IMG/VR virus record: IMGVR_UViG_3300031994_000015
Location: 94,276-158,275 of that record
Strand: one strand, 5' to 3'
DNA: 64,000 nt
Source: a virus
Lineage: Duplodnaviria > Heunggongvirae > Uroviricota > Caudoviricetes
Shown here piece by piece: positions 48,579 to 57,268 of the stretch. The position numbers were made by a program, and so were the translations under genes. Each line of letters starts with the position of its first letter. Position 1 is the stretch's first letter. The notes beneath the pieces are model-generated. The model was not told the origin of the DNA, made no database searches, and saw only the letters and a list, made by a program, of their open reading frames with translations.

Positions 48579-49420
48579 TGAATATTAACATCTAAAAATT
48601 TATTTATTATATCATCATTCCAATTTAAATGGTTATATAATCTATTTCCTTCATTATTTGAAAAAAAAGTAAAAAATCCATTCATTTTTTTATTTATAAA
48701 TGCACCAGGAATTTTCCTTGTTCCATATACAATATTAATCTTATTGTTTTTTAATTTTAATCCATTTGGTAAATTTGTAGATTTAATAATTTTTCCTTCT
48801 GATGGGTGTTCTTCAAAATATTTTACTAAAAATGGATTAGTAAGTTTAGTATTTTTATAAACAGATTTATTATATATTCTAACTAATTGTATTTTTATCC
48901 CTTTATTAACAATTTCATTATATTTTTCTTCTCCAATAAAATTATTGTCATCTACTGTAAAATGAATAAAAATACCAAAAACATTTTTTTGTATCTCTAA
49001 AACTTTATTTATAAAATCATCTAAAGTTCCAAATGGTGCATGATATGCGGCATCAATAACTAATCTATTATTAAAAATTTTATTTAATTCAGTATAATAT
49101 TCAACTGATCCTGATAAATTAGTTTGTATCTTAATATCATTTATCAAATCGAAATCTATATATTTTACTAAATTCTTATAATATTTTAAATCTACTAATG
49201 CCGGTTCACCACCTTGGATATTTAAAAATATTGGTACTTCATATTTAGTTTTAATAGCATTAAATAACATCCCTATATTTTTATTAACAACATCTTGATT
49301 TTTATATAAATGTTTTAATCTATCTTTTTTGGTGAATCTCCAACCATTAGGGTTACAATATACACAAGGGAAATTACAATATTCAGCAGCTACTCTATAA
49401 TTTATAACTATTTTATTCAT
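48575..49420 (-). CDS. radical SAM enzyme
   Basis: CNFPCVYC (CxxxCxxC) near the N-terminus and IQGGEPAL SAM-binding motif. Confidence 0.65.
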   Translation of the reverse strand: MNKIVINYRVAAEYCNFPCVYCNPNGWRFTKKDRLKHLYKNQDVVNKNIGMLFNAIKTKYEVPIFLNIQGGEPALVDLKYYKNLVKYIDFDLINDIKIQTNLSGSVEYYTELNKIFNNRLVIDAAYHAPFGTLDDFINKVLEIQKNVFGIFIHFTVDDNNFIGEEKYNEIVNKGIKIQLVRIYNKSVYKNTKLTNPFLVKYFEEHPSEGKIIKSTNLPNGLKLKNNKINIVYGTRKIPGAFINKKMNGFFTFFSNNEGNRLYNHLNWNDDIINKFLDVNIQ

Positions 49421-49428
49421 TATTAATA

Positions 49429-49803
49429 TTATTCCATTATTTTATTATCCAAATATATTAAATTCTCTTTAATAGAATGTTCTTTAAAATATTCTTTAAC
49501 TTCTTTTAATATATTGTTTCTTTCATCTTTATTCCATTTCTTTGTTACTTTGCATGGCTTATCAATATCATATACACAAGTAATAAACTTTAATTTCTTT
49601 TCTTTATTATTTATGCATACCCAATAATAGTCATATCTATCTTCTGATAATCCTATTACATACCAAAATGTACCATCAAGATATTCTTTCCATTGTGATT
49701 CATCTTCAAAGAAAAACTTATAACAATTATCTATAATATGATTTGGTACTGGTGAAGCCCATGCTTTAGTATTTATTCTTTCAATAAATTGCTCTTTATT
49801 CAT
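49429..49803 (-). CDS. hypothetical protein
   Basis: 124-aa ORF. Confidence 0.45.
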   Translation of the reverse strand: MNKEQFIERINTKAWASPVPNHIIDNCYKFFFEDESQWKEYLDGTFWYVIGLSEDRYDYYWVCINNKEKKLKFITCVYDIDKPCKVTKKWNKDERNNILKEVKEYFKEHSIKENLIYLDNKIME

Positions 49804-50761
49804 AATTTAAATATAATGAATCTTTAACTTGATCTTTATTTTTGAATTCTTTATTAGACTTTGATCTAAGTTTCTTAAATGAACTATGACCCGCATCTAC
49901 ATATTCATGTCTTGTATAAAAATGTGGAATATTAGCTGTTCTATCTTCATCACCAGTTAATCCATCATAAGACAATAACCATTTAACATTTCTATCATTC
50001 ATATCCATAATGGTTTTCCAAAATAAATCCGTATCAAAACCATTACAAAAATATAAACCACCTGTATTTTCATAAGGTGGATCCATATATACTAAATCAC
50101 CAGATTTAGCATTACAAATCACTTCATTATAAGATTTATTTATAAATTCTATAGTTCCTCCATTATCTATAAATGAATCAATAACTAATGCCCACGAATC
50201 AAATACTGATCTTAATTCTTCAGGTGTTATACCAAATCTACCAGCCACATGAAACGATGCATTAAAATGATTATTCTTTGGGTTATATCTTATAAGTCCA
50301 TTAAAACAAGTACGAGTAATCCAATAGAAAATCATTGAACGTTCTTGACTATGGTCATTTTTATCTATCAAATCATTATATTTCTGACGCATCTCATAAT
50401 ATAATGTTTGTATTTTTTGAACATCTTCTCTTGTAATATCAGTTCCTTCTATATAATTACATCTTTCTTTTAATTGTTTATGTAAATTACAATAAAAATT
50501 ATAAAGTTCTTCTCTTGTATCTTTTCCTTTTAAAAGATTCCAAATAGCAATCAAATCATAATTAATATCACTGCATATGATATGATTGCATTTAATTTCT
50601 TCTTCATAAATTTTATTTAACAATTCATGTAATACTGATGCTCCTCCTAAGAAACATTCATAATATGTATCAATTTCTCTTGGAAACTGACTTACTATAT
50701 ATGGTGCTTGTTTACGCTTACTACCTGACCATTTGATAAAAGGTGTCTTACTTGTTTTCAT
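49796..50761 (-). CDS. dam: DNA N6-adenine methyltransferase, Dam (D12 class) family
   Basis: FIKWSGSKR (Dam motif FxKWAGGK region) and VYMDPPYENTGG (DPPY catalytic motif). Confidence 0.7.
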   Translation of the reverse strand: MKTSKTPFIKWSGSKRKQAPYIVSQFPREIDTYYECFLGGASVLHELLNKIYEEEIKCNHIICSDINYDLIAIWNLLKGKDTREELYNFYCNLHKQLKERCNYIEGTDITREDVQKIQTLYYEMRQKYNDLIDKNDHSQERSMIFYWITRTCFNGLIRYNPKNNHFNASFHVAGRFGITPEELRSVFDSWALVIDSFIDNGGTIEFINKSYNEVICNAKSGDLVYMDPPYENTGGLYFCNGFDTDLFWKTIMDMNDRNVKWLLSYDGLTGDEDRTANIPHFYTRHEYVDAGHSSFKKLRSKSNKEFKNKDQVKDSLYLNYE

Positions 50762-51095
50762 CTAATTTTGTAACTTTTTGATTTTCTTCTTTTGTTTTCT
50801 TTTCTAATGCCATATTTTGTTTACGAATATTCAATAAACAAATTTCTTCCATGGTTACTCCAAAATCAGTAGCCATATTAGTAATATAATATAAAATATC
50901 ACCTAAAGAAATAGCCACTTTCATAGAATCTTGCTTATCTATTTGGTGAGTTGGATCATCTAACAATTCTCTTATTTTTTGATTTAATTTTCCAAACTCT
51001 TCACCGATACCAAAAGTACAATAAAATGGCCCTATTTCCATAGGGTATTTAGCAAAATTTCTTACTTGAGCTTGATAATCATTAATCTCTAACAT
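50748..51095 (-). CDS. MazG-like nucleoside triphosphate pyrophosphohydrolase
   Basis: FGIGEEFGKLNQKIRE (EExGE) and LGDILYYITNMATDFGVTMEE resemble the MazG all-alpha NTP-PPase helices. Confidence 0.5.
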   Translation of the reverse strand: MLEINDYQAQVRNFAKYPMEIGPFYCTFGIGEEFGKLNQKIRELLDDPTHQIDKQDSMKVAISLGDILYYITNMATDFGVTMEEICLLNIRKQNMALEKKTKEENQKVTKLDENK

Positions 51096-51113
51096 ATATT
51101 AAATATAGTTAAT

Positions 51114-52913
51114 TTATATTTGCACATTTATAATTTTATAAGGGTAATGGTTATCCTCATAAATTTCAATCTTTTTATTACCTTGTAAAAATATTTTATT
51201 TGTTAAATATTTGTTATCAAAACAATCTATCATATCAAATAAAGTATATTCTTCTTTAAGATCTGATAATCCTAATCCTCTACCTATAGATTGCATATTG
51301 ATTACATTAGATTTGAATGATTCTAATAATACACCAAAACATAAATTTGAAAGTGTAATACCGGTTGACATTACTCCATAAGAAGCAATTAATATACAAT
51401 CATTATTATCTTTAAGTAATTGTTTTATCTCATCTCTTTTCTTAGTGCTAATTGCACCTGTTATAATAACAACATGTCTTTGTGGAAATCTTTTTGTGAC
51501 TATATCTGTTAAATAATTCAAATATGTAGTATGATGCCCTAATATCAAAGTATTGTTGGTACATATTGGTAAGATTTTATCACAAAGATAATTTATACGG
51601 GCTTCCATAAAATGAGTAACATATCTTTCAACAACTAAAGCATTTGAATTTTTAGAATCAGCTATAAATGACTTAAGTTCTTTCAAATATGCATTTAGTT
51701 TTTCTTCATACATTAAATCCTTTCTATCAATCGGCCCATTGAATATTTTAGCTTTTATTTCTAATAAACCTTGTGGAATTGTTTTAGCATATTTCAATTG
51801 GTGAATAGGATTCTCCAATTCTACTCTTTTTGTCTTGCCTGGTTTTTTTGGATCTGGTTCAGTAACAAAATCAGATACGGCATATTCAGCACAAGTCATA
51901 TAACATTCTTTAACAAATAACTTGTCTTTATAATGCATCCTAATTTGATTGATACGAACTTTAGAAATATAACCTTGTTCCATCAATTTATAAGGTTTAA
52001 TAATTTGAATTGTAGCGCCAATCAGTGATTTGAGACAAAAATAATCAATAGTATTTCTTTCTGGAATTGTACCTGTCATACCATAAGCTATCTTTACTTC
52101 TTTCATAAATGGTTGACTAATAATAGTCTTCATTTGATCAGCTGTAGCTCTATGTGTTTCATCAACAAATACAATATCATATCCATTAAAGAACTTCGGG
52201 TTATATTTTTTGTCTTTTTTATCTAAGAATTTAATAAGAGATTGAAATGTACCAATAGTTAGGTTAGCTGATTCTACTAATTTACCACCAGACCATATAC
52301 ATTCTGTTTTGAAAAATTCTTTATAGTCATTAAAGTCATTGTAACCTTGTTTTACTAAGTCAATAGAAGGAACAATCATAAGCATACGTTTAGCACCTAA
52401 ATATTCAACACAATATCTAAATACCATGTATGCTATAAGTGTTTTACCGGCACGAGTTGCTAATTCGGAAACTGATTGCCTCCAACAAAGGATTTTATAA
52501 GCTGAATCATATTGATAAGGTCTTGGAACTCTTGACATACCCCAACTATCAACAATTGCTTTAAACTCTTCAAATGAATGTTTGATTTTACGTTTAAAAA
52601 ATTGTTGATGATCCATTAACCCATCAAATTCTACTTTATTATCTCTAAAGAAAAGATATATTTCTTGCCAAAGTCCTATAGAACAATAATATATCTTTTG
52701 TCCTGTAGGTTGTACATAAGAAAATAAAAAATCTTGTGTAAATGGCTCTCTATTTCCATATGAAGCCAAATAACACATTGGATCAACTAAATTTAAATAA
52801 TCAGTTAAATTTACATGATCTTTATTTGAAGCTAACCAAAGGTCATCTTCTTGTGTATCAAATTTCAAAAATAAATATCTTTGATCTTCTTCTGAAAATA
52901 TAAAATGTATCAT
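51114..52913 (-). CDS. superfamily-2 DNA/RNA helicase (UvsW or ResIII-like)
   Basis: RPYQ, ATRAGKT (motif I), VFVDETH (motif II), MTGT (motif III), STGITL (motif V), QSIGRGLG (motif VI). Confidence 0.7.
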   Translation of the reverse strand: MIHFIFSEEDQRYLFLKFDTQEDDLWLASNKDHVNLTDYLNLVDPMCYLASYGNREPFTQDFLFSYVQPTGQKIYYCSIGLWQEIYLFFRDNKVEFDGLMDHQQFFKRKIKHSFEEFKAIVDSWGMSRVPRPYQYDSAYKILCWRQSVSELATRAGKTLIAYMVFRYCVEYLGAKRMLMIVPSIDLVKQGYNDFNDYKEFFKTECIWSGGKLVESANLTIGTFQSLIKFLDKKDKKYNPKFFNGYDIVFVDETHRATADQMKTIISQPFMKEVKIAYGMTGTIPERNTIDYFCLKSLIGATIQIIKPYKLMEQGYISKVRINQIRMHYKDKLFVKECYMTCAEYAVSDFVTEPDPKKPGKTKRVELENPIHQLKYAKTIPQGLLEIKAKIFNGPIDRKDLMYEEKLNAYLKELKSFIADSKNSNALVVERYVTHFMEARINYLCDKILPICTNNTLILGHHTTYLNYLTDIVTKRFPQRHVVIITGAISTKKRDEIKQLLKDNNDCILIASYGVMSTGITLSNLCFGVLLESFKSNVINMQSIGRGLGLSDLKEEYTLFDMIDCFDNKYLTNKIFLQGNKKIEIYEDNHYPYKIINVQI

Positions 52914-52915
52914 AA

Positions 52916-53533
52916 TTAAATTCTACCATTACTCCATAATTTAAACAATCCCCAAGGAGTAAATCTTTCCCAACTATTCTGTATTTCGTCTAATTCTTGT
53001 TCTTCTCTTTTTATTTCTGATTCCCTTATACTTCTTTTAACATTATGTAGTATATTATGATCCATTAGAAAGTTTTGTCTTATCCTTTCTTCATTTAACC
53101 AATGATTATGTTCTTGCTGATATAAGTTTTGCTCTTCATATAAATGAACACATAATTTAGAATCGGATTCTATAATAAAATAATCAAAATTAACAGTACA
53201 AAAAGATTCATCACTATCATAAGAAGTAAGCATTCCTACTTTTAATTCTAATGATTTTTTCTTTCTATATGTATTTTTATTTTCTTTAACTAATTCATAT
53301 AATATATAATTAGCCAAATTTCTTTTACAAAAACATTGTCTACCATCTATAGAATTATATAAAGCATCTTTATAAAACATTTCATTCAATTCATATTCAT
53401 TATTATTATTTTGCCCTATATAAAAATCTATTATACATGTTTGTCCAAATTCAGTACGAATATTTAATTTATCAATTTCAAAATAATGCCCATTTTTTTC
53501 ATTTAACAATAAGAATGGCCCTTGAAAATACAT
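52916..53533 (-). CDS. hypothetical protein
   Basis: 205-aa ORF. Confidence 0.5.
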   Translation of the reverse strand: MYFQGPFLLLNEKNGHYFEIDKLNIRTEFGQTCIIDFYIGQNNNNEYELNEMFYKDALYNSIDGRQCFCKRNLANYILYELVKENKNTYRKKKSLELKVGMLTSYDSDESFCTVNFDYFIIESDSKLCVHLYEEQNLYQQEHNHWLNEERIRQNFLMDHNILHNVKRSIRESEIKREEQELDEIQNSWERFTPWGLFKLWSNGRI

Positions 53534-53589
53534 ACTATTTTAACATATTTTTATATAAAATAGAAAAGAGTTGAATTTGTATTCAACTC

Positions 53590-54000
53590 TTAAAATAACT
53601 CTAATTGAGTATTTTCATATTTATATGTGTATAATTGTTTATGTCCTGGTGAATTATTCCAAACATAAAGTCTTTTAAAATATGCTTTACATAAATCCAT
53701 TGAATGTTTAGTTCCTTGTGATTTACCATCCCATATTGCAATACAAATATCACAATTTTTTATTATATCTTCATTACGTTTGAATCCAGCACTTTTACCA
53801 TATCTTGCCCAATTAGGTTTAAAAACTATAATTGGTATTCCATATTTATCTGCAAAATCAGCCCCATTACTATCTACTCCTATCGCACCACCAGAAACTA
53901 TTGTCACATCTTTATATGGAAGCTCTAATTGTTTCCATATATCTTCTAATAATTCTAAATCATTAATATTTCTTGATCCAACTATTGCAATCCTTTGCAT
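53590..54000 (-). CDS. SLOG-family (DprA/LOG-like Rossmann, DUF2493-type) protein
   Basis: IAIVGSRN...VSGGAIGVDSNGADFA...RNEDII...DICIAIWDGKSQGTKH matches the SLOG GG..G.D...A...RN...AfWDG.S.GT pattern. Confidence 0.5.
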   Translation of the reverse strand: MQRIAIVGSRNINDLELLEDIWKQLELPYKDVTIVSGGAIGVDSNGADFADKYGIPIIVFKPNWARYGKSAGFKRNEDIIKNCDICIAIWDGKSQGTKHSMDLCKAYFKRLYVWNNSPGHKQLYTYKYENTQLELF

Positions 54001-54275
54001 TCCTTTAATTCTCTTTCTATTTCATTATAAAACACATCTATAAATTCACCATAAGTGATATCAGACTTAATTAATAATTCATCATTAACTAATATTTTAC
54101 ATTTTCTTTCTATTTCTGATAACACTTCATACCAATCTAGTGGATCATGTAATAATTCTTTAACCATTATAAGATTTTCACCATTATTAACTTTAGAACT
54201 AAAAAATGTCTTTTCTAAACCAGATTGTTCTATAATTATATCATCAATTACTTTTTTTAATGTTTCCCTTTTCAT
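53982..54275 (-). CDS. hypothetical acidic protein
   Basis: 97-aa ORF. Confidence 0.4.
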   Translation of the reverse strand: MKRETLKKVIDDIIIEQSGLEKTFFSSKVNNGENLIMVKELLHDPLDWYEVLSEIERKCKILVNDELLIKSDITYGEFIDVFYNEIERELKECKGLQ

Positions 54276-54879
54276 ATAATTCGATAGCTTTATTAAAAGA
54301 TATTTTTTGTTTTAATTTATCTTCTACTCTAACATAACCGGAGTTGTCGTTGTAGAACAATAATGAGTAGATGCATTTCTTTGTTTTAAGGTTGTATACC
54401 AATTTGAAACAATTTCTTGGAATAAGATGATTATTAAGATCATAATCACAACCACCACAAATGATAAGTAAAGAGTCTTGTCGACTAAATTTCCTAATTT
54501 CCCCTTCATATTTTTTCCAAATTCCTCTATTAAGTTTTATAGTTTGAGGTATACAATTTATATAGTAAAATGTTGATTTCAATTTTTGTTTATTATTAGC
54601 AAAATCTTCAGCAGGAACTAAATGACCTCTATCATATCCAGATCTTATATAATTAAAATGTGGTAAATTGTTAAATGATTTGAATTGTAAATTAGTTCTC
54701 GATTCATTTCCACCACCTTGATATAACTTATAAATTACAAATGAAGAAGTTTGTATAGAAGAAGCATAATAACATTTATAATATTGCATGTCAATTATTT
54801 TATCATATTTCTCTATATTTTGAGAAAAACATAATATACAAACAAAAAATAATATTATAGTTATTATTTTCTTTCCCAT
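54244..54879 (-). CDS. secreted non-specific DNA/RNA endonuclease (NucA or Serratia nuclease family) with signal peptide
   Basis: N-terminal MGKKIITIILFFVCILCFSQN signal peptide, and YDRGHLVPAEDF matching the DRGH His-Me finger active-site motif. Confidence 0.65.
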   Translation of the reverse strand: MGKKIITIILFFVCILCFSQNIEKYDKIIDMQYYKCYYASSIQTSSFVIYKLYQGGGNESRTNLQFKSFNNLPHFNYIRSGYDRGHLVPAEDFANNKQKLKSTFYYINCIPQTIKLNRGIWKKYEGEIRKFSRQDSLLIICGGCDYDLNNHLIPRNCFKLVYNLKTKKCIYSLLFYNDNSGYVRVEDKLKQKISFNKAIELYEKGNIKKSN

Positions 54880-55760
54880 AATTTTTTTAATACTTGATTT
54901 TTTAAATATGTTTTAATTTGTTTCTTTTCATCTACTGATAAATTTATATTATTAGTAGGATTTTTAATTATTTTGTCATAACAACATATAATCTTGTTGA
55001 CAGATTGTATCTTATAAAAATATTTTTCTTTAGGTCCAGTAGCTCTACCTCTAAATATTTTTTCAACATATTCATCAAACGATTTATAAAAATAATGTAC
55101 TAATGTCACAGCACCAGGATCTATAATTCTCTCAGAACCGTGGATAACTGATGTTTGAACATTAATAATTTGGTAATTATCTCCTAATTTAATAATTGGT
55201 TTATATAATTCTTTATAAATTGGATAATGTAAAGATACTCTTTCAATATTATTTGAATATCTAAATATTGATTTTACCCCTGTAGAATAAGCACCATTAT
55301 GAATTTTATGAACAGTTTTAGTATAAAGTTCTTTATATGGAAGATTTACTTTATGATATAATGGAAAATTTTCAGAAATTCTATATTCCCATTTAACAAA
55401 AATATTATCAGTATCTTTAAATTCTTTTTGATTTAAGAATTCTTCAATATTTGAAAACTTATTTTTCAAATCTAAAAATTCATCACAATCAAAAACACAA
55501 TACCAATCATAATTATCTTTTTCTTGAAAATAAATGTTAGTATAAAATTTATGTTGAATATCTTCTATACCTTGATAATTGTAATATTGTACTTTACCAC
55601 TATCAATATATGGTTTTAATACTTTATATTGAACATTATTACCTACATCATTATTATCTCCAAAAAAGATTGTAGTTATTCCTAAATCTATATAATGATC
55701 TATAAATTCTAATAAATGTTCTTCTTCATTTTTTCCTACACATAATAATGCTATTTTCAT
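54864..55760 (-). CDS. glycosyltransferase, GT92-like (paralog A)
   Basis: CVGKNEEEHLLEFIDHYIDLGITTIFFGDNND...VFDCDEF; paralogous to 47682..48578. Confidence 0.5.
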   Translation of the reverse strand: MKIALLCVGKNEEEHLLEFIDHYIDLGITTIFFGDNNDVGNNVQYKVLKPYIDSGKVQYYNYQGIEDIQHKFYTNIYFQEKDNYDWYCVFDCDEFLDLKNKFSNIEEFLNQKEFKDTDNIFVKWEYRISENFPLYHKVNLPYKELYTKTVHKIHNGAYSTGVKSIFRYSNNIERVSLHYPIYKELYKPIIKLGDNYQIINVQTSVIHGSERIIDPGAVTLVHYFYKSFDEYVEKIFRGRATGPKEKYFYKIQSVNKIICCYDKIIKNPTNNINLSVDEKKQIKTYLKNQVLKKLWERK

Positions 55761-55975
55761 ATATGTAAATTTCTATAACCTAAATCCATCAATTCGAAAT
55801 TATAACGAAATATTTTACGCGTAGGACACATGTGATTGTAATCATAATATTCCATATACATTGGGCAGTAACCAGTATCTTTATGCCTCCACATACAATT
55901 ATAACACATAGGAAGCTCTCTATTAAGTCCTATGTCGGATTTAGGTTTTAATATTATTTTTTTCTTTTTTGCCAT
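55757..55975 (-). CDS. small Cys/His-rich protein (possible zinc-binding)
   Basis: CYNC...H...YC...HMC within 72 aa. Confidence 0.4.
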   Translation of the reverse strand: MAKKKKIILKPKSDIGLNRELPMCYNCMWRHKDTGYCPMYMEYYDYNHMCPTRKIFRYNFELMDLGYRNLHI

Positions 55976-56036
55976 TTTTTAAAAATAAAAATGCATAAAC
56001 AAATGTTTATGCATTTTCATCAAAAATAATAAATCT

Positions 56037-56558
56037 TTAAGCTTTTTCTGTATCTTCTACTTTACCAATTGGTGTATTCTTTTGAATTTTATCAATCAAA
56101 ACATTATGTTTTGAAGCTACATCATAAACTTTTTCAGTAGTCTTTACATAAGCTTCACGAATTGGTTCAAAATACTTATTGATAGCAACTACAGCTGCCC
56201 ATTCATCATAACCACTAAATGTAGCTTCTCCTAAAGCACGAAGAGTTCCATCAAGCATTGGGTAGGTAACCTTACCAGGATTTTTCTTTTCATCCCAAAA
56301 ATCATACATTGATACCATTCCAAGAGTAAATTGCCATTGAACTGTTTTCTTATCAAGAATTGTATGAATAGCTTTAGCTACAACAGCATAATTTTCTTTA
56401 GGTAAATCAAATTCAGTTTCACTTACTTCTTTATCAATTCCTTCTGCCTCTTTAATTACTTCTTGTTCAAGCGCTTGTAATTCTTCTAATGTTTTTCCTT
56501 CAAGTGAAGCTTCAAATTCTTTTAATTGTTTTTGCTTTTCTTGTGGATCTATTACCAT
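56037..56558 (-). CDS. hypothetical acidic coiled-coil protein
   Basis: 173-aa ORF. Confidence 0.5.
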   Translation of the reverse strand: MVIDPQEKQKQLKEFEASLEGKTLEELQALEQEVIKEAEGIDKEVSETEFDLPKENYAVVAKAIHTILDKKTVQWQFTLGMVSMYDFWDEKKNPGKVTYPMLDGTLRALGEATFSGYDEWAAVVAINKYFEPIREAYVKTTEKVYDVASKHNVLIDKIQKNTPIGKVEDTEKA

Positions 56559-56591
56559 AATAAATTAAAAATATATTTTTAACTTTGTCCA

Positions 56592-57113
56592 TTAAAGAAC
56601 AAATATAAATAAACATAGAACTATTAATGCATAAAATACAATATGTCCTAAAACTTTTTTCCAATATTTAGCAAATAATTTTCTTGAAACAATATCAAAA
56701 ATCAATAAATAATTATCTGCATTTGCAGGACCAACATGCTTAAATTCTAAATCAATATAATCATAAAGTTTTTCGATTTTAAATAATTCAGCAATCAACA
56801 TTAATTGTTTATGGGCCCAATATTGTACTTGGTCATTATTATTTGTATTTTCACCATCTAATACAATAACCATGTTATTTATATTGATTTTTCCATTTAT
56901 ATCTATTAAAGGATTAATAACTCCATATAATCTTCCTAACCAATCTGAATCTACATCTATATTCAAATATTTCTTCAAGACTTTTTTAAAAGCATCTGAA
57001 TAAAAAGTATCACTAACATAATGATAGTCTTTTATATATCGATATGTGTAATAAATTGCTTGGGATAATTTATATGTTAATGTTTGTTCAAATATTTTCT
57101 TGAATATGTTCAT
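56592..57113 (-). CDS. hypothetical protein with C-terminal TM helix
   Basis: 173-aa ORF; first gene of the minus-strand block. Confidence 0.5.
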   Translation of the reverse strand: MNIFKKIFEQTLTYKLSQAIYYTYRYIKDYHYVSDTFYSDAFKKVLKKYLNIDVDSDWLGRLYGVINPLIDINGKININNMVIVLDGENTNNNDQVQYWAHKQLMLIAELFKIEKLYDYIDLEFKHVGPANADNYLLIFDIVSRKLFAKYWKKVLGHIVFYALIVLCLFIFVL

Positions 57114-57258
57114 AGAAAAAATTAAATATTATTTTTAATAAATGCTTAAATATTTTTTAAAAAATAGTTCATTAAAATTGAATTTTTTCAATTATATACT
57201 ATATTTTTATTGAATAATATATAAAAAATAGAAGGCATAGATAATAAATATTAAAAAA

Positions 57259-57266
57259 TTAAATTT
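57259..57266 (+). promoter_or_regulatory. TAAATTTG element (Bacteroidota-type -7 TAnnTTTG) just upstream of the sigma-factor gene
   Basis: Read directly; a similar TAGTTTTG lies at 3168-3175 in the other divergent region. Confidence 0.25.
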
Positions 57267-57268
57267 GT

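Noticed and set aside
53780-54509. Plus- and minus-strand short ORFs overlapping the SLOG, 97-aa and nuclease genes
   Set aside because: They are antisense or overlap supported genes and have low-complexity composition.
55757-55975. The Cys/His-rich 72-aa protein as an HNH homing endonuclease
   Set aside because: The spacing CxxC...H...C...HxC does not fit the HNH beta-beta-alpha His-Asn-His arrangement convincingly. It is retained only as a possible zinc-binding protein.
45397-57113. Possibility that the element is a eukaryotic giant-virus fragment (AT-rich, with GT92 glycosyltransferases, UDP-glucose dehydrogenase and a 2115-aa Asn-rich protein)
   Set aside because: The window carries bacterial-type Rho-independent terminators after most operons, a sigma-70 factor, T4-like sheath and capsid genes, a Dam methylase and signal peptides of bacterial type. 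A bacteriophage is far better supported.
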